Positions 13,475-26,800 of a stretch of 63,347 nt of DNA are shown here, piece after piece. How positions within the stretch are numbered: position 1 is the stretch's first letter; each line of letters opens with the position of its first letter. The notes under the pieces were generated by a model. That model was given only the letters and a program-made list of their open reading frames with translations, made no database searches and was not told where the DNA came from. The position numbers and the translations under genes were made by a program. This stretch comes from Oculina patagonica. Taxonomy: Eukaryota. The stretch spans positions 22,196,001 to 22,259,347 of the forward strand of contig NC_135767.1 of NCBI RefSeq assembly GCF_052425735.1. The letters run 5' to 3'.

Positions 13475-13517
13475 TGGCCCTGAAGAAGACTAGCTCTGCT
13501 AGTTGAAATATTGGCCA
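13475..13517 (+). ncRNA. Minimal type I hammerhead ribozyme motif in a Penelope-like terminal fragment (about 13466-13690)
   Basis: TGGCC-CTGAAGA-A-GACTAGC(TCT)GCTAGTT-GAAA-TA-TT-GGCCA: stems I and II pair and the core is intact. Confidence 0.7.
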
Positions 13518-14164
13518 ACAAATCTTGCCCTCCTGCCGTTGTTCCAGCCTTGCAATCAATCTGGTTTTATTAGCACTTAGAGTGACGTCTGGTACGAGCA
13601 TTTGTTGAACAAGAGATCCGGCAGCAGACAAGCCAAGCAGCAGTTGTTTTCTTCGTTGTGTGGTCCCCTGCATCAAAACTGTTTTTATATTTAGGCAATC
13701 ACAATGAAACTTATAGTATTTCCCAAAAGCTATCTATTGATACACGTTATGTGGGATGATGACATCACATCACGTGACAATTACATCATGCTACATCATG
13801 AATTCGCCCTCTCCTCTCTAGACCAAAAACCTTAGAAGTAGGGGGGTGGGGGGGAATCCATCCAACCTCATCCATCCAACCCCCCGCTCCCCTGGTACCA
13901 CGGTAAGGATTTGAATTTGCTTGTAATTCCCCTTCCTAGAGCAGAATGTCTGGAATGCATTCCTCGTAATCCGTAAAGAGGGGTCTGAATGACGCTTATT
14001 TTAAACACTTATTTTTTTGGCTCTGTAACAATATTATTAAGTTTAGATTATCAAGAAGTTTGCGGCCATTTCCCGACGATTCCCTATCATTTCGGAAGAT
14101 TTCCGAATACTACCGAAGACTCCCGAAGACTGCCAAAGATTTTCGTAGACTACTGAAGATGAAT

Positions 14165-14492
14165 TACGTCGAACTTCACGTGAGTCGAACCTAATGCAAA
14201 TGAGCAAAACCTATTGTTTTTGTTCATTTGTATGGTGGCCTAAGGTTGCCATAGTCAAATTGGTATAGAATTGTAAAAAAAAGTTCAAAAATAAAAATAA
14301 ATAAATAGGAAATAAAAATAGTTTCACTTTGTTTTGTTTTTAAAAAATATTTTTATAAAATTATTGAACCGAAAACTAAATTAAAAAAAAAATGGAATGA
14401 AAAGCAAAAGAAAGTAAAATGAAATCAAAAATCCGCATGTTCACATTTGCATTAGGTTCGACTCATGTGAAGTTCGACATTTGGCCCGGGCC
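14165..14492. mobile_element. MITE-like element with TIRs
   Basis: gtcgaacttcacgtgagtcgaacctaatgcaaatg is mirrored by catttgcattaggttcgactcatgtgaagttcgac. Confidence 0.55.
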
Positions 14493-16675
14493 TAAGAGTT
14501 TTTCACGAAAAACCCCCCAAACCGCGGCTTAACAGTATTTTCTCTGGAAACTGTAAACATAAAAAAAAAATTGGAACGGGTTTTGTTGATATTGGAAGCA
14601 TTGGAACGTCGCAAATGAGTGCATTTTGGGTCGCATAATGGGCTGATTACGGATAAAATATACGCAAGAGTGCATTTCAAAGAGGTAAGACGTATTTTAT
14701 TGATCAGTTCTAACCGAACTCCTCTGCTCCCTGTGCAATAATTAGTGAGTTTTCCGGAATCGCAAGTTCATTAAAATGTGCGGTGAACGCAATGCTTCAG
14801 TATTATAAAGTAAGCTTCCCTCCATTTTAATTGCCATCCAAGATTTTTGTTCAAAGTCTCTCACTCATACAAAAACGAGCACGAAAGGGCACTAGAAGTT
14901 TTCGTGTTAAAGTCCCATGTCAGTCGCACATAACCCCTCCCGTGTTTCTTAGTAACAGCAATGTCCGGTCCTCTGTTATGGGGATGACATTGTTTCTTGA
15001 ATTCCGGCCAAAAATATACATGTATGCTTCGAGCAGTTTATGATCTGTAGTTCCGTTACCAAGCCAACATTAACTTTAGTCCGGTACCCAAAATAACCAA
15101 AATATTTGACAAATGTTTGAACATAATGCTGAACTAAGTTTATCTTAACTTAATAGTATTGCCATCGAAATAGTGAGGTTTTGGATGGCAAGAGATTTTT
15201 TTTCGTTTCCCTAGGGTTCTCTGTCATTAGACATAATCAACCGCAACTTTCTAAAAATATCATGATCCGGTCGTTTGTTATTCGGACGTGATATTATTGT
15301 CTGCTGCGTGCTAATCGGAAACTACCAGATCCGACAGATACACGTTTTGAACAGTTAATGACGTGTAGTTCCGTGCTGATACCAAGCTAGCCGCCAGTGG
15401 AGGTATTAAGACGATTGCCTGCTACGATGGATAGTTTCTTTCCCGAGACAGACTTGTAGACGCTGCGAACAACATAAAGACTCATTTGTAAGGTAAGTGG
15501 AACGCGATGATGAAATCATGAGTTCATTTCGATTGCTAAACTAAAAGGAACTAAATTACGCTTTCACCGTGTTCCATACCTAGAGCTAGATTTCTTTCCA
15601 ACTAAATTAATTTGGCGACTAGAACTAAATTCGGATTACTCGTCGGAAGTTACTCGTTAAAGTCAACCACATAACGTTTGTAAGAACGTGCATATATTTT
15701 GCACAGTAACAATTTGGAATTTGCATGGCCGTACACGTTTGTAACATTTAAATAACAATTGCCATGAACTACAGTTATGAGTAACAGTCGTGTTAAGATG
15801 TTATCGCTTGCAGATCAATATTGTTGTCACGCGAAGATCTGAAATTAAAGCGTCGGCTTCTTGTAGCTCAGATATATTTTAATGTAAATAGTGTCCCCAG
15901 CAGTTTTTTTTTAAAGCTAAATACTTCACTGATACTATAATAAAGTATTTCATCTTCATCGTCTTGAAGATCGAAGAAAAAATTATTCTTGCATATCGAG
16001 AAAGAGTGGATGTCAACCCACGCTGCAATTTTCCCAATGCTAAAAGCCATAAAAAGTATTGGATTCAGATTTTTTTAATGTGCATTGCTGGCCGGTTAAA
16101 CATAGTTCGTGACTTATAACAATGTGGATTTATTTTTTTCTTTGATAAATTATGACTTGAGTGATCTTTGCATTGCTCATAAGTAAATTCCAATCCGAGT
16201 CATTCCAAAAGAACATACCCATAACCTCCAGTCACTGGTCCGATCGTGCAAAGAGAAAATTATTTATAGTGCCATAAATGGACGGAAAGCGGGTTATATC
16301 AGTTCTGGTTGTGTCGTCAAACTGAAGTTGTTAATGTCCATGTTATACTTGGATGCCGTAGTTAATGGTTTTCATTAGTAAGTTCTTTGTCTGCATTGTG
16401 CTTGAGTTACTCTTTCAATCTGAAGTTCTTTTACAATTAGTGTTGTTCGAATAAACCAAAAAAGTTATGATTAATATTCAAAAGTTGTATTAGGCCCTGC
16501 AGCCATGAGTTAATGCTATAACTAATATCAGTTTACGGAAGTTGCTTTCAATTTTCAGATCACTGTCATCAATCATCTTCCCTGCGAGATCTCAGTTCCG
16601 ATAATATTGCTCGAGCCACAGTCTAAAATACCAGCACACCGAGCTAAAAAGCTGTCGTTTTTTTCTTGCCTCTTG

Positions 16676-17152
16676 CACAGGAAACCCAAACGCTGTATTA
16701 GTTATTCGTAATCTTAAAATAAAAATGTCCTTATTTACCTGCGTTCCTGTGTTTTTTACCGGTTTTGGGGCGATTTGAATCAGACCGAAAGCGGTTTACG
16801 TTGCGAGTTTTAAACGGTAATAGATCTGTCGCAATGTTAATACGACGCGCCTCAAGTTTCAATTGTTATTAACTCAAGTTACTAACACCATTAACTATTA
16901 ATACTCCTCGCGGGGAGTTTCGTGTTTCAAGTTAATAATAACAGTTAAAGTAAAACTTGAGACATAATTGAGGCGTGTCGTATTGACATTGCGACAGATC
17001 GATTACCGTTTAAAACTCGCAACATAAACCACCTTCGCTCTGATTCAAATCGCCCCCAAAACCGGTTAAAAAAAAACACAGGAACGCAGGTAAATAAGGA
17101 CATTTTTATTTTAAGATTATGAATAACTAATACAGCGTTTGGGTTCCCTGTG
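16676..17152. mobile_element. Foldback MITE, CA..TG ends, 7-bp TSD (P-element-like)
   Basis: About 190-bp inverted arms starting CACAGG(A/G)AACCCAAACGCTGTATTAG; CCTCTTG duplicated at 16669-16675 and 17153-17159. Confidence 0.8.
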
Positions 17153-17239
17153 CCTCTTGCAAGATTGGTGACTTCAAAAAGCGTAACTATGTTTTGTGTG
17201 TGTAGCAACTATAACTCAGGTTATTGTCATCACGCGCAT

Positions 17240-17700
17240 TTTAGCGGAGCTCCCAGCGGCCCGAAGGGCCGCAGAGCAGAGCCCCATACCCATAGAAAAT
17301 TAACAGACCCATGCTTTTGGTTTTTCATGGTCATCATGACTAGCGGCATGGCTCGCGGGCGCGTGCGACGACGACGACGGCGACGAAGTTGCCCCAACAT
17401 GGCGGCCATACTCCAGAAGTCGGTTTAAGGTTATGGTTAGCGGCAGCTTACATCTTTGATATTGGACTTCCATGTCATGGTCAATTGACAGCTGTCAAAA
17501 CAAGGTATCCGCTGACCATTATCACATGACCATATCGCGGGCTCATATATAGAACTCATCGAGGTCGAATGTTTTTTTTAAGTTTACCGCTGACCAAATA
17601 AGGGTTTACATTGGATCGCGGGCTCAAGTGCTACATTTTTTTCTTTTATTAGTCAGTAAATTGGAAGCTCCGGTTTTAGGCTTGGCTAAATCTATCTATA
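17240..17700 (+). repeat. Dispersed repeat, inverted copy at about 41265-41678
   Basis: Shared blocks gccccataccc, catggtcatcatg, ggtcaattgacag, ccatatcgcgggctca, ctcatcgaggtc, ttggctaaa. Confidence 0.75.
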
Positions 17701-17925
17701 TTTTGAGTTGTTACATAATTAAATGATTACGCAACACAGTCAGTATGTATTGGCATGATTTAAAATTCTAGCAGCATTCACAGTTTTTTTTTAATTTCAT
17801 GTAACGTCGTCGTCGTTTCGGTTTCTACCGTAATGTTTGATTTCGGATTTCGCTTGTCATGATGATCATGGAATATCTCGCCCCAGATTGTAAGGTTTAA
17901 AGTTTTGCTATCGGTTTGTGCAATA

Positions 17926-18318
17926 CCGTAGAATTCCGGTTTTAAGCCGCCGCGCTTAAAAACCCCTCCGGTTATAAGCCCATCTACCTGAAAACAACAA
18001 CAAAAAAATACTTCCAATTATACGCCCCCTCTCCTTCCCACCCCCCCCCCCCAACCCCCACCACCTCCCTACCGGATATAATCCCCACCGTGCTGGATGA
18101 CAGTGCTGAACAAGGATAAATGTTGCTTTATTACGACTTGTTAACTTAAAAACTTATTCCGATGAACACTATCGTGGCTCGTCTTGTCTCTTATTATTAT
18201 TTAGCTTATAAGCCCCTCCCCCCCCCCCCCCCTGGATATAAGCCCATCCGTTTACAAGGCCACTAAAAACCCCTTACGGAGTTTTATCAGCCCAGTGCTT
18301 ATAACCGGAATTTTACGG
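17926..18318. mobile_element. Tc1/mariner-type MITE
   Basis: TA|CCGTAGAATTCCGGTT ... AACCGGAATTTTACGG|TA. Confidence 0.75.
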
Positions 18319-18581
18319 TATTCTGTACTTAGGCATTTTGTTATTTACTTAAATTTGTAGCTGAACCGCACAAACACGATTACAAGCGCATTTGTACGGA
18401 TTCCAAACTCAAGTCATTAAACTAAATTTGCATTCTACTGTGGCACAAATTTCTTTATACTCAATGCAACGTACACTTAAGCTAAAGTATTATTATTATT
18501 TTTTTAATGAGCTACTTGTTCTGTATTACGTCCTCCTCACAGTCTCCATGCAAATTTAAAAAGAACTTGGCTGAGTCAGTA

Positions 18582-18615
<34 letters not shown>

Positions 18616-20399
18616 TCTTAAACCGTCATGTCTAGACAAAGATTGCATGTAAAGGTCTGTAAAATGTAGAATATTTTACTTTGGCGCATGCACAAAAGCC
18701 AAAAGCTATAAGCCAGGTGTATTTGGCCTCTTTTACCGCCAATTTTGCACCAAACGCTGAACATTTAGCATTAACTCTGTACTCAATATTGAGTCGATAT
18801 TCAAAATGGAAAGTCTTGTGAAGAAATCTTTTCTATCTGTATTAGTTGGTTATCACACGAATCAGCTGGCGAGCAAATGAATGGCGTCACAAGTGGTTCA
18901 ATGACCGCCCTTCCAAATCCCGAAAGAAGTCGGGTTTAGCACCAAAAGGGTTAACATAACTCCAACATACCGTGCCTTAAAAAGTAGCTTTTTTATAAGA
19001 CATTACCTGATATCCAGACATCATACTACGGCTACTCCGCTGAGATGTGCTTGCTGCCTGACTTCTAGTAATAGCCGATGATAGAACTTTATTTGTTGTT
19101 TTTGTTTTTGAGTAAAAGCAACAAAAGAATCAAACCGGTAAGTAATAGTCTACTCGCGTTACAGTCGATGTTTTCTCTATTGTGGTCTACAATCTGTTTA
19201 TATTGGGAAGCTTATAATTTAGCAGTGAAGGCGGCGACGCCGAGAACAACGCCAATTAAAAAGGGATATTTTTTACTCGAGAGTCTTGCGATTATCCAAA
19301 TGTGTTTAGTACATCTATCGGTTTAAGAACTAGCTCCAGCTGAATACCCGAAGAGAGTGTTCAACTAGGAATATGAAAATTTAGCCATCGCCATTCACGT
19401 TCCCCCAAAAACGCAGAGTTTGGTTATTTCACGTTGTTGTTTTTCAGAGAACGGCCAAAACAATGTACCAAAATTTAAAACGCACGAGTAGAATTGTTAT
19501 TCTGCCCATAAATCCTTTTGTTTGCTGATATCTTGTTAGACTTCTCGTCGTGCTTTTCACTAGCGGTGCAAACACAAGCACAAGCGTCGCTAGTGAAAAC
19601 CAGGATTTCGTATCAGTAAAGAAAATGAAGTTGATCTTAATTAAATTATATTTTTAGAAAGGAATAAATATCGGTGAAGATCTGTTTAACAAAAACATCA
19701 TTGCTGCGATCAAGGAGCGTTTCAATTGTCAGCGAAGAACCACATTTACAGGATTATACAGTGTTTATAGATAAACATAAATTTGCTTTTAAAAGTCGCT
19801 TTTCGATTTGATGCACGTTTTGCAGCTACAACTCAAGGCATGCAACTTAGAGACTGATATTAGAATATTGCCCATTCTGACGCAAGCTTAGAAAAAATTC
19901 CTATATCTAATTAAGGTGACAAAATGTTAATCCCCTTCCTGGCCCTTACAAAATTATTTGTCGAGAACCTTCCCCCCCCCCCCCGGGGGATACTCCCTTA
20001 TATGGGCTATATAGGTAGTTGCTGCGGGATAGGGTATGGTTTTTGAGGTTCTCGGTCCAAAATAGGGTATCATTTTTGCTCCTTTTGTCATTTTGGTCCC
20101 GGTGCGATCCTCAGATAGGGTTTCTTGATCTTTGAGGCGTATTTGAGGGGGAACTAGACACCTGCGGTTTACTTTTTTAGTCAGAGAGGGGAGCCTTATA
20201 CGAACTTTAAACCTCATGGTAGGTATTAGTTGACGTTTATTACATCATCTACGGTAAGCTAGGAAGAAAAACTAGAACATGATATAACAGATTCAAACTC
20301 AGAGGCCTAGAAACTTTTAAAAGCGCTTCGGTGTTTTAGGTTCTCATCATAAACTATTCTTTATATAATTTATAGGGCTAAAAACGTTATTCTAATGAG

Positions 20400-20855
20400 A
20401 TGGCGAGTAACTCATCATTAATGAAGAGAATTATCTCCCTGCTGTTACTTATCATACAAGATCGGGTCGGCAGCACAAGTCTTGGAGGTGATATTATTGT
20501 AGATACCAACCTAATGCTGAATGGATCCCCGTATGTCGTATCTCAAGACCTTGTTGTAGCTGAAAACGCCACTCTAACAATAGAGCCAGGAGTCCAATTA
20601 CACTTCGGTGTTGGTGTGGCCTTAAAAGTAAAAGGTTCCCTGCAAGCGAAAGGAAACGCCCGCGAAAGAATCGTCTTCACTAAAACACCAATTAACAGCT
20701 CGGTAGATGTGGACAATTTGAACGTCACAGATATTTATAATGATGGCATCCGCTTGCGCAACGGGAACAGTTACAGCGATGGCCGGCTGGAGATTTTCAT
20801 AAGAGGAGAATGGGGAACCGTGTGCGATGGAAACTGGGATATGACAGATGCCGAG
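20400..20855 (+). CDS. Gene B exon 1 (signal peptide, SRCR start)
   Basis: [44 protein letters not shown]; donor |gtaaat. Confidence 0.9.
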
Positions 20856-23800
20856 GTAAATCAACTGGATGCAATTTCTCCTCTTAATATTCATATAAAG
20901 GCGAACTGATTTAGTCATAACAAGTTGCTGGCCATGCATGCGTTAATCACTAAGAATCGGTAGTTCCACGTTCAACTATGTTCCATTTGTTTATTTTCTG
21001 TGTCCTGCAGTACAGTCTGGACGCTGTTGCTTTTAGGGGTCATGAATGGTCCCTCAAAATGTTGCAGTGCTCGCATGCAATGCTCGCAAAATTTTAGTGG
21101 GTGCTCGTTTGCTCGTGCTCGCACATTTTTACAAGTGCTCGCATGCTCGTTTTTTAGTGTAGGTAGGTTTTTGAAAAGTGCTCGTTGCTCGCAAGGCTAA
21201 TTTTTGTCAATGCTCGTGCTCGCAAAGAAAAACGCTGTGCTCGCATGCTCGCAAATGCTCGCAAAGACCATTTGATACCCCTGCTTTTGTTTGTATAGTA
21301 ACATAGTAATATAGTTTTTGTCGATCACAGGTTGCTTGCAGACAGCTGGGTTTTTTTGGAGCCAAAAGGTACTACACGCACGGCGGGGGAACCGGGCCAA
21401 TTTGGCTGGACAATGTCAACTGCCAGGGGACAGAGAGCAGCTTGCTGGAGTGCAAACATAGAAATGGATATTGGTATTGCGGTAAGTCGCAAGTGGACGA
21501 ATAACGTAATCCAATATCGAGAAATATAATCGAAGCCATGGCTCCATATTTTTAGGATGTTAGGTAATCCTTCATAAGGGCCTTTCTTGAATCTTCCATA
21601 TGACTTTGTCCTCTAAATTATCCACCCTTAAAAGGTTCAACGTAGCTTTTTTTATTGTTATGCCTCGAACTCTCGGCAACAGTTTATTCATCTTTTCAGA
21701 AACGGTACGTTAAAGCTACTATTGTCAAAGAACGACCTGGAATCTTAACATAAAATGTAAAATAAGGATCTCTTTCCTTTCCAGATCATAATCAGGATAT
21801 TGGAATAGAATGCTTCAGCCTAGCAAACTGGAATGGTATTGAGTTTTCTAGTTTAGACAAAACGTCTTCTCTTCAATATGTGGATGTGTCCCAGGCCTAC
21901 GAAGCGATAAAAGGCGGCGGATTCCTCCCAAACCTCGACCATGTTACAGTTAAAAGCTCTGTATATGGAGTGATGTACGCCAATGCAAGTTCTCCGCTGG
22001 CCATAAGGGATAGCAGTATCAGCGACAACCAGTTTGCAGGCATCCATATTAAAGGGATATCAAGGGGAATTACGATTGAGAACACTGTAGTGAGTAATAC
22101 AATGAAAGGACACGGATTAAGTTACAGCGATGACATTCCTCATGAACAACTTGATTTTTGTTCTGTCGATGTGAATAACATCACCTCATTTCCAGTCACC
22201 TTCCAAGCGTTGGGCAGATATGGAACGACTGTCAATTGTGCCAAGGTATGTTATGAAACGTAAAAGACTGTTTGGCCACTTAGGTGAAGTCTGTTTTCAT
22301 ACCAAGAGCTTAGTGACTCATCAGTTTGGTGAAGCAACAAGCGACTGTAGCAGTGCCTTAACCTCTCAATGGGATGCTAGAACAACCTAAGCAGTCCTCC
22401 CCTCTTCCCATTCCCCTCTCCCTCTCCTCTCCGTCTGGTTATACCCTGAGTTTGTAGCATTAAATTTCTATTTAACAATAAGATTATGAGCTCGATATTT
22501 CTATCGCGTGATAGTTGATGAGGGCCAAGCCTAAATCAACTATGACGAATAGAAATCGAGAGCGAAAAATCTTATTGTTTAAGTAAAAATCTACTTTACG
22601 TTCAAAACTAAACAACAAGACAGGTTCTTGTTTTTATCGAATAATGATATAAATAGGTCACGCCACACGCTGAAAATTGACAACTGCACCACATTGCATT
22701 GACATCTGTGTGCGCGTTTGCATTTCATTTACAATTTATTGAGACAGTTTATATTTGCTTGAAACTGAAGGAAAAGCCCAGTTTTTTTTTTTTTTTGCAA
22801 AATGGCAATTGAAAGATGCGATGACGTACAAGGGACATTGGAAGTCAAGTTTTTTTAAAAAAATTCGAGAACGTTAACGATCAGAAATTTCTATTAAAAA
22901 AGTTGAACGAGTTGCTCGCAAGAAAGAAACCACATTGCATTAGCTTAGGTGTGCGCCTTTGCACTTCATTCACGATTTATTTAAACCGTCATTTGTTCGA
23001 AACTGGACAAAAAGCCGGGATTCTCATTGTAAAATGACAATTACTTGAAATATATACTAACTAACAAAGGCCCTTTGGAAGTCAAGTTGTTTTAAATCTA
23101 GGAAACGCGAACTATAAGAAATTTATGAAAAGTTGAACGAGTCGCCCGCAAGGAAAAAACCTAGAATTCGCTTTTAATTTTTTGGCTTAATTGATTGATG
23201 CATAAAATAACTTGCAAGTTGGATCTGTTTAGCTTTTTTTACTGTTCCTCCATGGGGACGATGAAATTGTGTTGGATTCAAACCATTCTAAAATTTATTT
23301 CCACAAAATGTCTCGGTGAATTGCATCTCTATAAAATTAAAAAATCACCTTTTAAAAGCGTAAATGAAGAATAAAAATCATTGAACTTTAATTTCAAATA
23401 CTTTTCTTGCCGTGTGAAATCTTCATTACATATTTCGTTGCAGTATTTGTCTTCTTTGAAATCGCCACAAATAATAAATTATCCAAGTCTTTCTTTACAG
23501 ACATTTTGAAAAGCGAAGAAGCGGCCGCCATTCTGCTGACAAACGCACGCTATTTGGCTACTCCCTTTCTACAACAGAATAGATAGTGAGTAGCGCTAGC
23601 GTCGCCAATCAGAGAACGGCATTCGTGATAGAACGCTAGTAGATTTATACTAAAACTAAGTAAGAAAAAAAGAGGCAATGAGAATTAGAGCGATCTTATT
23701 TTTTGCCCTATATGTTGGCTCTGAACCTGATATGCACTTTTTTTTTAGGTTTGCCGAAATTTGAATCTTATCCTGTTGATTACATCACGATAATACAAAA

Positions 23801-26800
23801 TGAGAGTCAACGGACTTGGTTTAGACATTAAAGGCTAAATTTTATGGTGTTTTTAACAAGTTTTATCGTTGTTATGGTAACTTGCAACATCAAGAAAATA
23901 ATTATAACTTGTTCACGTGATCTGGCATTTGTTAGATACTCTAGCGTTTTCTCAACTGAGAAAGAGTCGCTGTATTGGTCCGTCAGGGTTGAGTGCTGAA
24001 AAATTCGGTAAAACTATTTTGAGCTACTTTAGCTGGAAGAAATAAGAACTGGAACCGAAACTAAAATGGAATGCCAGCAAAATAGTTTTCAGAAGAAATT
24101 TAGGGTGTGCTCTTGTTGAGCTCTAAACAATCAAAACAAACAATCTTTCGTCACATTATGAAAACATAACGTTTAACGTTTTTGAATTCTGAACTTTTTT
24201 TTTTTTTTAGATTTTCAGAACTCGTCCAGGACGACACTTAACTGTATATTATCAATCTGTGACTGGAGAGAAGTTTGAGTTAGATGTACACGATGGTAAC
24301 AACATAAACGCCACCAAAATCAAGCACGTGCGTGTAAACCAGTGGACACGTGTTAATCAGCTGGCTGTCGCGCCATCCTCAAGCTCAGGTCACGAACTTT
24401 ACATAAAGTTCCATTCCAGTGCGCGCAGTACATACGCCAGAATAAATTTCTTAATCAAGGATAATCGAGGTAGGAAGAAATGATATTCGCTTTAATTTTG
24501 TTAATAACCTTAACATTACTGTTAACCTATCTGTAACCTGTTGGATCGATTTCTTTGGCTCCTTCAAGTCTGGCCTAAGTTTCTTTCTCGGGAGCAGCTC
24601 AAGGCTTTATTCAGGACATCTGCTTGCAATCAAGCCAATGAAGAAAATCAGGGGTAGATAGCGATCAACTTAGTTACACTGTTTCTTCAGGTGCATGGTT
24701 GTAGGTCAATTATAGAGACATTTAACACTTGTTCGCCGAAAGCGAAGTGAATCTTGGCGAGTACTTGTGTTTTTTTCCATTTTGGTTGTTTACTTCTTTT
24801 CAGATGCTGCTCCTCTCGTAATATCCAACTGTACATTTCAAGACAACCATAAAAGTGGTGTATCCTTTAAGGACTATACAGGAAATATGATCATTGACAC
24901 GACTACTGTCGCTCGGAATAAAGAAGAAGGCATTACCGCTGAACGTATCTTTGGAACACTAACATTTAATAATAGTCACTTTATTAACAACAGCGCCAAT
25001 GGTCTTGCAATCGTAGACAGTAGCCTCAATTCATGTAATCTTCACGAATTTTCCGCAAAAGGAAACGCACAGAATGGGTTGCATTTCAAGCGTGTTTCTT
25101 TTAAAGGTCACGTGTCACAGTCGGAGTTTGTTGGAAACCATAAAAACGGATTTGCAATCGCTAACGGTGCCGGTGAAGTTAAATTCGTAAATGTCACTGC
25201 AGTTTTAAACACAAACAGCGGGGTTCGCATTTATGATGGCCATGTCGCGTCCAGCTTCAAAGATTGTAATTTCTCAAACAACAGGGAAGACGGTTGCTTC
25301 ATATCAAACCAAGAGGGAGCTCATCAATTCTTTAATTGCACAGCAACTTCCAATTTGAGGCATGGTGTTAGCTTATTCGATCCTCAATCATCGTCATCCT
25401 CTTCACTTAAGTACTACTTTAAGCAAATTAGTCTTATAGATAACACTATCAACGACAACTCTCAATACGGAGTCAGACTAGCACCTGAGGGTCATTCTGA
25501 TGACAGCAATTCGGCAGTTAACATTACTCTGATCATTAGCAAAAACCAATTTATGCGCAACAGAAGAGGGGGCATCTTTCTGTCTCCAGACCAATACTGG
25601 TGGCAGACACCGAGAGGACTAATAGCTATAGTTACGAACAATCATTTCGAACAGAACAAAGTCAGTTCATTCTATATTAACTGTGCACGTGCTTTCGGGT
25701 TAAAAGCGGTTATTGAATCAAATCATTTTACAAACAACACGGATAAAGTACTTACTATGGTGGATGACAACAAATGTGGCAAAAACCACAAAAGAAGCTC
25801 TGTTGACGTGTCAATAAATAAAAACACATTCATAAAGAACCGCGCTGAAAACGTTTTATTTATCGACTTCAGTTCGTTCCCTGAAACACGCTCTGCTATG
25901 GTAAGGAACAATACTTTTGAAGACAACAAAGTTGTTACAAAAGACATTTTTCCAAACTTTTTCCGTCGCTCGACAACTCGCGCAGTTATCGTTCTTAAGG
26001 AAGGCAGCTTTACCTTGCGCGAAAACATTTTGGAAAACCCCAGCTTTCCATTCCAGATCTCTACCTTGCGTCAAAATCCTCGACGAGCTATTGACGCTAA
26101 ATTCAACTGGTGGGGAACAACAGAGGAATGTGAAATCGTGGACAGAATATTTGACTTCCACCACAGGGTTGAACTGTCTTCAGTGAATTTCTTCCCATTC
26201 CTTCTTTCCTCGAACAGGACACATGCCACAAACGCCAGCATATCAAGACCATCCTGCTTTCTGAGAGATGCAAGTATTGGTGGAATCGTAGATAGACCGC
26301 TGTCCTTGTCAAGCGCCGACTCGCCTTACGAAGTTCGAGATGACATCATTATCCTGACCAATGGGTCGCTAATCATACCGAAAAATGTCACGTTAGAGTT
26401 TCCTTCCAGGTCAGCCATGGTTGTACAAGGAACGCTTCATGTAGATGGAACTGAAAATGAAAAAGTGAGATTTACGAAAATGCAACGTCAAAAAGGATTC
26501 CGTCTTGGTGGAGGTGGTGGACCGTGGGCGGGAAGGGTTGAGTTTTTGGTCAATAACACTTGGTGGCCCCTTTGTTTACCTCCCAACGAATCGTTCACTA
26601 GAGAAGCGAAAGTAATTTGTCAACAACTCGATCTTTTCTATGAAAAATACGAAGTAATACCCCATCCTGGACAGGAAAATGGTTTTGTGCGTAACGTTGC
26701 CTGTGATGGGAACGATGACTTAGATATAATGAATTGCAGTGCTAATACCTGGCGTTATGGACCTACCTGCCAGGGATATACTGTGCATGTCTACTGTCAG

